Assembly (NCBI GenBank): GCA_017618175.1
Contig: JAFZUT010000023.1
Location: 10,996-74,995, forward strand
DNA length: 64,000 nt
From: Alphaproteobacteria bacterium
GTDB taxonomy: Bacteria > Pseudomonadota > Alphaproteobacteria > Rs-D84
Reading direction: 5' to 3'
Positions 53,358 through 62,553 of the stretch are shown piece after piece; the first letter of the stretch is position 1; each line of letters opens with the position of its first letter. The notes below the pieces were generated by a model. The model worked only from the letters and a program-made list of their open reading frames with translations. It did not search any database and was not told where the DNA came from. The position numbers and the translations under genes are program-made.

Positions 53358-53867
53358 ATGAGGATTTCAATTCTTAGCATCGGTACAATTGCATCGGTTT
53401 TAGCGTTCAACGCATACGCGGTATCATCCACCGTCACATCCCAGGATTACGTCGATGCAAGGGACGCGTTGAAACAAAATTTAATCGAAGCGACCGGCAA
53501 TATTTTTCCGGTCGGCAGTGTTGTCGAGACAACCGATGAAGATGGTGAGGTCATGCAACGCGGAATTTGCAATAGCATTGCAGATACATTTGGTGATTGT
53601 CGTAATGATTTCTTGGTGACACGGGATTTATTGGAAAGTGCGACAAATAATGTGGCGGATAATCTGCCGGAAACAACCGTCACATATAAAACGTGTTATC
53701 AGGAAGTAAATGGTGATTGCATACTTTGGAATTTAAGTGATAAAGATGTTTATGGGGCGGAACATTGTACATGGTCCAGTGATTGTAGTTCGGGGTGCCC
53801 CTATGGAGGAAACGGAGCTTGTAACAATGGGGTCTGTGATTATAGCGATGGGTGCATGATGTACTAA
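53358..53867 (+). CDS. Secreted Cys-rich fibre-family protein, paralog C
   Basis: AAGGAAGGGA RBS. Signal peptide ...FNAYA/VSSTVTSQDYVD. C-x8-C-ILWNL motif. Cys-rich tail CTWSSDCSSGCPYGGNGACNNGVCDYSDGC. Confidence 0.75.
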   Translation: MRISILSIGTIASVLAFNAYAVSSTVTSQDYVDARDALKQNLIEATGNIFPVGSVVETTDEDGEVMQRGICNSIADTFGDCRNDFLVTRDLLESATNNVADNLPETTVTYKTCYQEVNGDCILWNLSDKDVYGAEHCTWSSDCSSGCPYGGNGACNNGVCDYSDGCMMY

Positions 53868-53887
53868 AAATAAAATCTATTTTAACG

Positions 53888-53919
53888 AAAAAACGGATGC
53901 GGTTGCATCCGTTTTTTTA
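53888..53919. terminator. Bidirectional intrinsic terminator
   Basis: ACGGATGC-ggtt-GCATCCGT flanked by A- and T-runs. Confidence 0.8.
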
Positions 53920-53936
53920 TATGTAAATTTTTCTAA

Positions 53937-55175
53937 CTATGGGCATACGGCGATTTGGTTCAATACGTTTTGAACATCGTCATTTATCGAAACGGTTATT
54001 TGCCGGTTCAGGCCGTCTGTATAGGTCCAATAGAATGGTGATTGGGCAAATTCTGGACTTGCATTCCACGCCTCGACAAACGGGGCCAACATTGCCGTGA
54101 ACCATTGACGACCGCGACACAGGCATCCGTTGCGTACGTCTGCGATAACCGCGGCGGTTGCCGTTTCTGGATATTTCTCGTCCAATTCAGTGTCGTTCAT
54201 CATCAAGCAACGTTCGCCGATATTATAGAAATTTGCGTCATCCGACATAAATTTATAAATCAGTCCGTCAGATGCGCCCGCTTTGCGCAGGGAATATTTC
54301 ATACCTTCAACGCAGCACGCCCGTGCAGAATTCATTAACATTTTATATCGTTCGACCAATGGTGCCGCGGCCGCCGAATTTGCATCCAATTCACCGTTGC
54401 AATTTGCAGACGACAAAATTTCGTACATTTTATCTGCGCGGATTTTTGGACTGCGCGGGGAAACGGTTTCGCGAATAATCGGTTTGCGACGCCATATATT
54501 ACATTCTGTTTCGGTTTCAAATGGGCAACCGTCATCACCAAACGCGGTGCGAATTGGCGTGGACATATCTTGGGCCGTGTATTTTGGATCGGGGGCAAAA
54601 CTTGTTTCCACTGTGTCACATGGTTCGGTTGGTGCACCGTCCAACCACAGGTTCCCGACCGGGCGATTTGGCGACAATAATTCTTCGATGCGCGCGCGCG
54701 TTGTTGCCGCGTCATTCATTGTGTCGTTATACAATTCGACCAATTCTGCGTCACCGGATTCACGCAAATAAAGTTCCGGCATATCAGTTAACATCCAATC
54801 ACGGAAATCTTTGGTGCGATAATCGGATATAGAATCATCCCAAAGCGGCACACCGTTTTTCCAACTGACCGTTTTGGGGTAAGTGCGCGGTTTGTATTTC
54901 CCGTTTGTGCCGTCCCAAACCGGTGCGCGGTCATCAATTGGTGCCGGCTTAATAGAAAGCAACTTTACGTTCCGCATCGGCATAACGTTTGATTGACGGT
55001 ATTCAACATTTGCCACATTGGCATCGCCGTCAAACCAAGAATATTCGGTGTCGTCCGTATATTCATATACCGTTTCAGGTTCATAACATGCATCGCCCGA
55101 ACATTCGGACGCGACCGCGGCCGCCATGCTGCATACACAGACCATCGACGACAAAAATAAAATCTTTGTTCTCAT
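53937..55175 (-). CDS. Hypothetical secreted Cys-containing protein (412 aa)
   Basis: Signal peptide MRTKILFLSSMVCVCSMAAAVA. No motif recognised. Confidence 0.5.
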   Translation of the reverse strand: MRTKILFLSSMVCVCSMAAAVASECSGDACYEPETVYEYTDDTEYSWFDGDANVANVEYRQSNVMPMRNVKLLSIKPAPIDDRAPVWDGTNGKYKPRTYPKTVSWKNGVPLWDDSISDYRTKDFRDWMLTDMPELYLRESGDAELVELYNDTMNDAATTRARIEELLSPNRPVGNLWLDGAPTEPCDTVETSFAPDPKYTAQDMSTPIRTAFGDDGCPFETETECNIWRRKPIIRETVSPRSPKIRADKMYEILSSANCNGELDANSAAAAPLVERYKMLMNSARACCVEGMKYSLRKAGASDGLIYKFMSDDANFYNIGERCLMMNDTELDEKYPETATAAVIADVRNGCLCRGRQWFTAMLAPFVEAWNASPEFAQSPFYWTYTDGLNRQITVSINDDVQNVLNQIAVCP

Positions 55176-55284
55176 GTTTTGAATTATATCATAAATTGCC
55201 CCAGAAAAAAAGAATAAAAAACTTGCGTTTTCGGGATGTTTTTTATACCCTGTGCCACGTATAAATAAACCAAGAGGATTGAAA

Positions 55285-55854
55285 ATGGCATCTGTGACAG
55301 CAAATGATATGAGGGTCGGTTGGGTGATTTCCCATAATGGCCGCCGTTATACGGTGACTTCGATAACCAAGGTTAAACCGGGCAAGGGCGGCGCGTTTGT
55401 CCAGGCCGACCTGCGTGATATTGATTCTGGAAACAAGGGGGGGGACCGTTGGCGCGCCGAAGACAAAGTCGAAAAGTTGATGGTCGAAGATCGCGATTGC
55501 CAATATTTGTATTCTGATGGAACGGATGCATATTTTATGAACCTGTCTGATTATGAACAATTTACTATGCCGATGGATTCGTTGGGCGAACAGGTTAAAT
55601 TCTTGGCGCCGGATATGACGGTGAAAACAAATTTTGTCGAAGGTCAACCGGTTTCTATGTCTTTGCCAAAGACCGTTATCGCAACCGTTGCGGAAACCGA
55701 ACCGGCGTTAAAGGGTCAAACCGCAACCGGCAGTGGTGGTAAACCCGCAATTTTGGATAACGGTGTTCGGGTTCAAGTTCCGGTCTTTGTTGAACAAGGC
55801 GAAAAGATTGTGGTGAATACTGAAACGCTGGAATATGTGGAACGCGCAAAATAG
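55285..55854 (+). CDS. efp: Translation elongation factor P
   Basis: AGAGGA RBS. MASVTANDMRVGWVISHNGRRYTV...KPGKGGAFVQ loop. 189 aa. Confidence 0.9.
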   Translation: MASVTANDMRVGWVISHNGRRYTVTSITKVKPGKGGAFVQADLRDIDSGNKGGDRWRAEDKVEKLMVEDRDCQYLYSDGTDAYFMNLSDYEQFTMPMDSLGEQVKFLAPDMTVKTNFVEGQPVSMSLPKTVIATVAETEPALKGQTATGSGGKPAILDNGVRVQVPVFVEQGEKIVVNTETLEYVERAK

Positions 55855-55880
55855 GACGAGAGTGTTAGTGGTTAGTGAAA

Positions 55881-55902
55881 ACGGCGCAACGCGCCGTTTT
55901 TT
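55881..55902 (+). terminator. Intrinsic terminator of efp
   Basis: ACGGCGC-aac-GCGCCGT followed by T6. Confidence 0.8.
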
Positions 55903-55903
55903 G

Positions 55904-56019
55904 CGTCATCCCGGCGTAGGCCGGGATCTCTTTGATTTACGACGAGACTGAAGGGGGCCCGACTGTATCACCCAAAAAATGCTGTGCATTTTTCGGGACC
56001 CGATGTCGTCGGGATGACG
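55904..56019. repeat. GC-rich hairpin element with terminal inverted repeats CGTCATCCCG...CGGGATGACG (long copy)
   Basis: Same termini and same first 25 nt as 7525-7598, with a different, longer interior. Confidence 0.7.
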
Positions 56020-56031
56020 GTGGTATATTTA

Positions 56032-56982
56032 CTAACTAACCACTTTATTCACTGAGCCCATAATGTTGATTATTTCCCCGACTGTATTTTCGTATACGGC
56101 GGATTTTGCGGCGTTCAGGTATTCGCGCGGATTAAACATTTCCGGGTTTTGATTCAATGTTTCACGAATTGCCGCGGTGAATGCCATACGATTATCACTG
56201 TCTACATTTATTTTGCATACGTTCATTTCTGCGGTGTGGCGCAGTTGGTCAATTGGAATTCCGTGTGCATTTTTTAATGCCCCGCCATTTTGATTTATTA
56301 TATCAACCAATACGTCCGGAATACATGATGCGCCGTGCAAAACAATTGGAAAGTTCGGCATCAATTTATCTATTTTTTCCAAAATATCGAACCGCAAAGT
56401 CTCATTATTGGATTTGCGTTTGTATGCGCCGTGTGATGTTCCAATTGCAACTGCCAAAGAATCTATGTTGGTACGTGACACGAATTCGGCCGCTTGGTCG
56501 GGGTGCGTAAATGATTCTGCAGGGGAATTTGTTTTTTCGTCTTCGAATCCGGCAAGTGTGCCCAATTCTGCTTCGACCGACACATTATGTTTGTGGGCAT
56601 ATTCGGCAACGCGCGCAGACAGTTCAACATTTTTATCAAATGGCATTTGACTTGCATCAATCATAACACTGGAAAACCCCAAATCTATGGCGTGGGCACA
56701 TGCATCAAAACTGTGGCCGTGGTCCAAATGCAATGCGATTTGTTCATTTGGTTGAATGCCGGCACCGCGAATCATAGACATTAGCATTTTATCACCCATA
56801 TATTTCAATGCAGATTCCGATACGGCCAAAATAACCGGTGAACGCGTTGTTCGTGCCGCCGCCAATATTGCGGCGAACGTTTCCATGTTATAAAAATTGA
56901 ACGCGCCCACGGCATAACCGCCGGCATTGGCGTCCAAAAACATATTTTTGGTGTTTACTAAACCAAATTGTTCATAATTCAT
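56032..56982 (-). CDS. fba: Class II fructose-bisphosphate aldolase
   Basis: 316 aa from ATG 56982. GYAVGAFNFYNMET, HLDHGHSF, GTSHGAYK and VLHGAS motifs. Confidence 0.9.
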   Translation of the reverse strand: MNYEQFGLVNTKNMFLDANAGGYAVGAFNFYNMETFAAILAAARTTRSPVILAVSESALKYMGDKMLMSMIRGAGIQPNEQIALHLDHGHSFDACAHAIDLGFSSVMIDASQMPFDKNVELSARVAEYAHKHNVSVEAELGTLAGFEDEKTNSPAESFTHPDQAAEFVSRTNIDSLAVAIGTSHGAYKRKSNNETLRFDILEKIDKLMPNFPIVLHGASCIPDVLVDIINQNGGALKNAHGIPIDQLRHTAEMNVCKINVDSDNRMAFTAAIRETLNQNPEMFNPREYLNAAKSAVYENTVGEIINIMGSVNKVVS

Positions 56983-57145
56983 AATGAAAATTCCATCCTG
57001 TGTCACATAATTATACCATATTTTTTCGTTTTGTCCCAGCGGATAAAAACCCAGCATAAAATAATTGACACCGGTGGCATTTGTGCCAAAATGGCATTGA
57101 ACGAATCGGGAGTGTGATAGAGGTAAAAAACATAAGGAAAAGGCG

Positions 57146-57511
57146 ATGAAAAAACTTCTGGTTTATACGATTGCGATGGCGGGTTTGGCGGGATGCACAT
57201 ACTATGATTATTACAAGGGTGGCGTGCGCTATACCCAAGATGGTAAGGATTGCATATATTACAGTGACGAATATGCGCGTCATTATTCTGCCAGCATTGA
57301 TGGCATTGACGGCAATAATCGCATTGTTTATAAAAATACGAAATGTGAGGATTTGTTTGCGCGTGATAATGCGGGTCGCACTGCGCGCAATGACCGGAAA
57401 ATTATCGTTCCGGCGGCGGTTGAAAACGTTCAAACGGTACCGGTTGCGGAATGCGGATGCTGTCGGGCAGAACCGATTTCCCGTCGTTTTTACACGATTT
57501 CTGGGAAATAA
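57146..57511 (+). CDS. Small lipoprotein (121 aa)
   Basis: MKKLLVYTIAMAGLAGC lipobox. Six further Cys, including CGCC. Confidence 0.55.
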   Translation: MKKLLVYTIAMAGLAGCTYYDYYKGGVRYTQDGKDCIYYSDEYARHYSASIDGIDGNNRIVYKNTKCEDLFARDNAGRTARNDRKIIVPAAVENVQTVPVAECGCCRAEPISRRFYTISGK

Positions 57512-57520
57512 TTATGAATT

Positions 57521-57556
57521 AAAAAAACACCGCCCAATATTGGGCGGTGTTTTTAA
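57521..57556 (+). terminator. Intrinsic terminator
   Basis: ACACCGCCCA-atat-TGGGCGGTGT followed by T5. Confidence 0.85.
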
Positions 57557-57613
57557 TTTTGTTTGAAATGTGAGTATTTTTGTGATAGAATGCACGAGAA
57601 AAGGAGATTTAAT

Positions 57614-57958
57614 ATGAAGAAGATTTCAAATTATTTTTTGGCTGCGTCCGTATTTGTAATGGCAAGTGTGCCCGCATTTGCAGACGAAGCGGTTTGTAAA
57701 CTGATTACCGGATTAAAGCCGATTATAAACACGCTGCGGACATTGGCGTTTATCGGTGCGGCGTTTGTTTTGATGGATTGGGCATGGGGCTTTATCAAAA
57801 AAGGTGAAGTCAAGAAAGATGATTTGCAGGACAAAGGTGTTGGTATGTTGGTTGGGTTCTTCCTGTTGTTCAGTGTTGGACTTATCTTGCAATTCGTTGG
57901 TTCCAAGGGCGGCGCAGAATTCTTTAATTGCCCGGTTGATTTCTTGGGATTCAAATAA
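57614..57958 (+). CDS. VirB2/TrbC-like small membrane protein (putative T4SS pilin family)
   Basis: AAGGAG RBS. Signal peptide ...VPAFA/DEA followed by two hydrophobic helices separated by a charged loop (LAFIGAAFVLMDWAWGFIKKGE...GVGMLVGFFLLFSVGLILQFVG). Architecture only. Confidence 0.45.
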   Translation: MKKISNYFLAASVFVMASVPAFADEAVCKLITGLKPIINTLRTLAFIGAAFVLMDWAWGFIKKGEVKKDDLQDKGVGMLVGFFLLFSVGLILQFVGSKGGAEFFNCPVDFLGFK

Positions 57959-57976
57959 TCGCAGGCGCGTAAAAAT

Positions 57977-58003
57977 TAAAAGGCGTCAAATGACGCCTTT
58001 TTG
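57977..58003. terminator. Bidirectional intrinsic terminator
   Basis: AAAGGCGTCA-aa-TGACGCCTTT with flanking A/T runs. Confidence 0.75.
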
Positions 58004-58005
58004 TT

Positions 58006-58965
58006 TTATCGTATTTTTTCGTTTATATATTTTTTTGCGAACGCCAATCTGTTTTCGTTCAAGCATTTTTCAACCGATTTGATTCCAAATTGGTTCAGGT
58101 TGGCCAAAGGACTGGTTTCACCATTGCACCAAAAATCGGCAACTATATTGTGCAACGCATAATATGTCATATCGCGCAACGCAAAATAATTATGGTTTTG
58201 CGGATTTGCATCCCATTTTTCAATAATAGATTTTGCCGCATTGATATATGCATTTAACAAACGTTTGTTCATATAGTCATACATCTGGGTGTGTGCCGGA
58301 TTTGCCAATGTGCCGGCCTTGGGTTTTTGAACATTTGGGAACAATGCACGTTGTTTGATGATTTCTTTTTTGGTTTTGTTGTTAAACAACCATTCTATTT
58401 TTTCATGGTTGAATTTAGCAAAATGTTGGTGTGTTGCGCCCAGTGAATAAAAGATACCATCCAAAGTGTCGTTCAATTTTGCAACCTGTTCACGCAAAGG
58501 TACGCGTCCGGTTTGTTCGGACATATGATATAAATCGAACAAAGATGCGTTCGGGCGTATAAAATATGCTTCGACAAATTCGGTTGGCATAGTTTTACCG
58601 ATTTCTTTGATTAATGTCCACGCCGCATAACGTGACAATTCCATATCGTTGTTGTCGTTGGTTGGGCGCATATGGTGATATGCCAATTCTTTTTTATCTA
58701 ATTTGGCGAATTCTTTACCATTTGGGGTATTTTGTTCAAACGCCATATCCAATGTCAGCGGATTTGCAAAGAAACCTTTGTCTTGGGGTTTAATGATGTC
58801 CAACAATTCGTTTAACCGCCAATATTCATTAGATGTGACGGCATGGCGTTCGTTTGGCGCCCAATTTGGCCAAATGGACAATTCATCGTACAAATGTATG
58901 GTGGTTTTTGCCCGGACCAAGTCGTAATATTGTTGTTTTGTTGGGACAAGAATGTTTTCTTTCAT
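58006..58965 (-). CDS. Hypothetical protein (319 aa), downstream partner of the BrnA-like gene
   Basis: 15-nt gap after the upstream gene. By eye, more A+T-rich than neighbouring genes. No catalytic motif recognised. Confidence 0.5.
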   Translation of the reverse strand: MKENILVPTKQQYYDLVRAKTTIHLYDELSIWPNWAPNERHAVTSNEYWRLNELLDIIKPQDKGFFANPLTLDMAFEQNTPNGKEFAKLDKKELAYHHMRPTNDNNDMELSRYAAWTLIKEIGKTMPTEFVEAYFIRPNASLFDLYHMSEQTGRVPLREQVAKLNDTLDGIFYSLGATHQHFAKFNHEKIEWLFNNKTKKEIIKQRALFPNVQKPKAGTLANPAHTQMYDYMNKRLLNAYINAAKSIIEKWDANPQNHNYFALRDMTYYALHNIVADFWCNGETSPLANLNQFGIKSVEKCLNENRLAFAKKYINEKIR

Positions 58966-58980
58966 CGTTTCTTTCCTTTT

Positions 58981-59211
58981 TTATTGTTTGTTGTTGTCTT
59001 CGGTATTCGCCAATGAAAACAATACAGACGAAATCAGTGATTGATACGGAACGTGCTGCGCGGCCGCCAATTCTTTTAATCGGTCCAGTATGGGGCGCGG
59101 AATACGCATATTAATAACCGCATCCGATTTATTGAATGCGCGATACGCGGCATATTCCCGCAACAGGGATTCAATATTCATAACGAAAAGTTGTTGCATA
59201 ACGTTTGGCAT
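58981..59211 (-). CDS. BrnA/CopG-like ribbon-helix-helix antitoxin-family protein
   Basis: GAGGTG RBS before ATG 59211. INMRIPRPILDRLKELAAAQHVPYQSLISSVL matches the BrnA pattern (..lRlp..ll..lK..A...giPYQ.li...l). Confidence 0.6.
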   Translation of the reverse strand: MPNVMQQLFVMNIESLLREYAAYRAFNKSDAVINMRIPRPILDRLKELAAAQHVPYQSLISSVLFSLANTEDNNKQ

Positions 59212-59508
59212 TTTTTCACCTCTATACATTACTCAATACAACCGTCTTTACAGGTCACTATACCATTGTATTTACATTTGTCAATACATTTGTCTAGGCG
59301 TCAGTATTTACGGGCGTGTTGGCGGATGTATAGGGGTTTGTATAGGGCGGAAATCTGGGAAAAATTTGCGATACAAAAAAATTTATTGTATTTGTTTTTT
59401 GTGGTCTGTTTTGGGGTAATTTTTGGCCATTTGGGGGCTTGCACTTTACATATGGATGTTATAAAATGCGAATCGGTTCAAAGGAAAACATACAGGAAAG
59501 GATTTTCA

Positions 59509-60831
59509 ATGATAAAACGGATTTTAATGTTGGCGGTTGCCATATTTGCATTTGTTGTGCCGGCGGCGCGCGCAGAATTAAAGGTTGATATTGTTGCGGG
59601 TGGCGCAGAACCGATTTCGGTTGCAATTCAAAAGTTTGAGGTTGCAAATGGTGCGTCTGCGACCGATGCCGCGACAATTCGCAGTGTGGTTGAGGCCGAC
59701 CTTAAACGCACCGGATTGTTCCACATTGTGAATCACGATGCGTTCCCGGAATTTGTGAAAATGGACGCGATGCCGGCGTTCAAATCTTGGACGGCGATAA
59801 AGGCGGCGGTTTTGGTTCAATCTAAATTGACCAAGACGGCGGACGGCAAATATCAATTGGATTTCTATGTTTGGGATGTTGCCGGCCAAGAACAGATTGA
59901 GGCGCAATCGTTATCCGCGTCTAAAAAATCTGTGCGGCGATTGGGGCACATTATGGCGGACGCGATTTATGAAAGATTAACGGGCGAGGTTGGTTATTTC
60001 GACACCCAAATCGTGTTTATTGCGGAAACGGGGCCGATTGACCGCCGTACCAAGCGTATGGCGATTATGGACCAAGACGGTTACGGTATGCGGTATTTGT
60101 CGGATGCCAAGACTTTTGTTATGTCGCCGCATTTTTCGCCGAATATGCAATCGATAGTGTTTTTGTCTTACTATAACGATGACCCGATGGTTTGGATTTT
60201 GGATTTGAATACCGGGGCCCAACGGCGGCTTGGCCAATTTGGGGGCATGAATTTTGCACCGCGGTTTTCGCCGGACGGGACGCGGGTGGCATTGTCGTTG
60301 GTGAAAAACGGGATTACGCACATATATGAATATGACATAGAAAACAATTCTTTGAAACAGTTGACGACCGGCGATTCGATTAACACCAGTCCTTCTTATT
60401 CCCCGGACGGCCGCAAAATTGCGTTCAATTCAGACAGAAGTGGGTCCCAGCAAATTCATATCTTGGACATAGAGTCCGGCGCGGTGGAACGCATCACATA
60501 CGGGGCGGGGCGGTATGCGACCCCGGCGTGGTCACCGGACGGGCAATTTATTGCGTTCACGAAAATGGCGGACGACACGTTCTATGTTGGCGTGATGGCG
60601 CCAAGTGGCAAGAATGAGAAGATTTTGGCGGGCGGTTGGTTTATGGAGGCCCCATCATGGGCGCCGGGTTCGCGCCGCGTGGTTTATTATGAAACCGAAC
60701 GGACGGACGACAACATTGAACGGGTCAGCCATATTCGCAGTGTCGATATCACCGGCCAGAACATTTATGACATAGATTTGCCGGACGGCGTGAACGGATT
60801 GGAACCGACATGGTCGCCACGGTTACCGTAA
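59509..60831 (+). CDS. tolB: Tol-Pal system beta-propeller protein TolB
   Basis: Signal peptide MIKRILMLAVAIFAFVVPAARA. Repeated SP(D/N)G...(V/I)(A/V)F propeller blades. The ORF-track start at 59191 is rejected. Confidence 0.9.
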   Translation: MIKRILMLAVAIFAFVVPAARAELKVDIVAGGAEPISVAIQKFEVANGASATDAATIRSVVEADLKRTGLFHIVNHDAFPEFVKMDAMPAFKSWTAIKAAVLVQSKLTKTADGKYQLDFYVWDVAGQEQIEAQSLSASKKSVRRLGHIMADAIYERLTGEVGYFDTQIVFIAETGPIDRRTKRMAIMDQDGYGMRYLSDAKTFVMSPHFSPNMQSIVFLSYYNDDPMVWILDLNTGAQRRLGQFGGMNFAPRFSPDGTRVALSLVKNGITHIYEYDIENNSLKQLTTGDSINTSPSYSPDGRKIAFNSDRSGSQQIHILDIESGAVERITYGAGRYATPAWSPDGQFIAFTKMADDTFYVGVMAPSGKNEKILAGGWFMEAPSWAPGSRRVVYYETERTDDNIERVSHIRSVDITGQNIYDIDLPDGVNGLEPTWSPRLP

Positions 60832-61241
60832 TGAGAATATTTATTGGTGCGATTTTTGGAATTTTGTTTGTGGGTGTGGCAAATGCCACGCCTGCGCGCG
60901 TTGAACGCGTGATTGATGGTGACACATTTGATGCGACCGTTATGTTGGATGCCGATATTCGGGTTGCTGCGCGGGTTCGCATTCGGGATGTTGACACGCC
61001 GGAAATTCACGGGAAATGCGCGGCGGAACGTGAAATGGCGGCGCGTGCGCGCGACCGATTGGCGGAAATGATTCCGCCGGGTTCGATTGTGGAATTGACC
61101 AATATCAAAGACGATAAATATTTGGGGCGCATAGACGCGAATGTTGCGGACGGCCGCGGCGTGGATGTTGGACGCGCATTGGTTCGTGCGGGATTGGGCC
61201 GGTCATACAACGGCGGCCGCCGGGCAGGTTGGTGCAGATAG
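60831..61241 (+). CDS. Secreted staphylococcal-nuclease-like (SNase/thermonuclease) protein
   Basis: TAATG overlap with tolB. Signal peptide. VIDGDTFDA...VRIRDVDTPE...DKYLGRIDANV pattern. Confidence 0.75.
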   Translation: MRIFIGAIFGILFVGVANATPARVERVIDGDTFDATVMLDADIRVAARVRIRDVDTPEIHGKCAAEREMAARARDRLAEMIPPGSIVELTNIKDDKYLGRIDANVADGRGVDVGRALVRAGLGRSYNGGRRAGWCR

Positions 61242-61361
61242 GGGTGTTAGTGGTTATCCGTCTTCGCAATCTTACGATTGCTATGCCGAGACTGCGCCCG
61301 ACAGGTCGGGCTTGGTGTAAGTGGTTAGTGTGGGGGCATTGCGCCCGGATTGAAAAGTGGA

Positions 61362-61505
61362 TTACAGTTGGACATACACCAATTTCCCGTTTTTGGCATA
61401 GCATACGGGAACCTTGGCTTTTCTTGCAGCAGCCCGGGCCTTGCGGACGCCACGGTCTGCACACCGTTGTATTTTTTTAGATAATTCAATAGATTCTTTT
61501 GTCAT
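61362..61505 (-). CDS. Small basic ORF (47 aa) downstream of darG
   Basis: Translated by hand: MTKESIELSKKIQRCADRGVRKARAAARKAKVPVCYAKNGKLVYVQL. Weak RBS (AGGGA). Below the ORF-track cut-off. Confidence 0.35.
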   Translation of the reverse strand: MTKESIELSKKIQRCADRGVRKARAAARKAKVPVCYAKNGKLVYVQL

Positions 61506-61524
61506 TTTTTCCCTGGATGAAAAA

Positions 61525-62553
61525 TTATTTGACCAAATGGCAATTTTTCAATTGTCTATATGCGCGCAAAATATTATCTGGTGACATTATAGCTTTTTTT
61601 CTGTCATTCCAAGAATGAACGTATTTGACTATATCTTGTTCGGATTTTATATTATTGTGTGTGCAGACCCAATGCACAGTTCCAAGCAATTCCATACCAA
61701 AAGGTGTTTCATAACCGTATATTATCTTTTTTATTCTTTCTATGGCATGTAATAAATATGGTCTTGCGGCGATATATTTATCAACCTCGGCGATAACACC
61801 CGGCATAACATCTATATGATTTTGCTGTTGGCCATCGCCGAAGCCACTTAAATATGTCCCTGACATGTCACGCAATGCATTGTTTAATTGTGGAAAATAC
61901 GGTCCATAAATATGTTTTATATAGCGATTTATTATATCGTGTCTATCCAAGACCAGGCCTATGAAATATGCCAATTTTTGTGCCTCGATATTTCCAAGTT
62001 CATACATCCTGTCTAGTGCGGAATTATATATATTCACACATTTAATAAATGTTGCACGAAAATCGTTTAGATCAACCTTTGTTGCGTGCCTAACCTCATT
62101 AAATCTTGTGCTTGGTTCAAAGATAATGATGTCTGTGTCTAAATCGTTTAATTTTTGTATTATTAACTGTTTTACAGTTAACCAATCTAATCCGCCATTA
62201 CCGGCCCCAAGTGGCGGAATAGCAACTGATTTAATATTATATTTCTGTAATACAAGTTTCAAATCATCCAGCCCGGTTTCTATGTACTCCAGTTTAGATT
62301 TGCCACGCCAATGTTCTTTGGTTGGAAAATTGATAATATAATTCGGCTTTAACAGACCATTTTTTGTAACAAACATTTTTCCAACGACAACTTTGCCATT
62401 ATCACATGCATGTTTATATGATTTATAATTTTCAGGATATTTTTCACGAAATTGCAGGGCAATTCCTTTGCCCATTATTCCGACACAGTTGACGGTGTTC
62501 ACAACCGCTTCTGTCTCTGCCTTAAAGATATCGCCGTCTTGAATGAATTGCAT
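61525..62553 (-). CDS. darG: DarG antitoxin (N-terminal macrodomain ADP-ribosyl hydrolase plus C-terminal DarT-binding region)
   Basis: Macro motifs AVVNTVNCVGIMGKGIALQF and IPPLGAGNGGL. 342 aa. Starts immediately after the darT stop. Confidence 0.85.
   Translation of the reverse strand: MQFIQDGDIFKAETEAVVNTVNCVGIMGKGIALQFREKYPENYKSYKHACDNGKVVVGKMFVTKNGLLKPNYIINFPTKEHWRGKSKLEYIETGLDDLKLVLQKYNIKSVAIPPLGAGNGGLDWLTVKQLIIQKLNDLDTDIIIFEPSTRFNEVRHATKVDLNDFRATFIKCVNIYNSALDRMYELGNIEAQKLAYFIGLVLDRHDIINRYIKHIYGPYFPQLNNALRDMSGTYLSGFGDGQQQNHIDVMPGVIAEVDKYIAARPYLLHAIERIKKIIYGYETPFGMELLGTVHWVCTHNNIKSEQDIVKYVHSWNDRKKAIMSPDNILRAYRQLKNCHLVK

Noticed and set aside
59191-59508. 106-codon N-terminal extension of the tolB ORF
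   Set aside because: It covers the repeat-rich intergenic region. The TolB signal peptide starts at ATG 59509.
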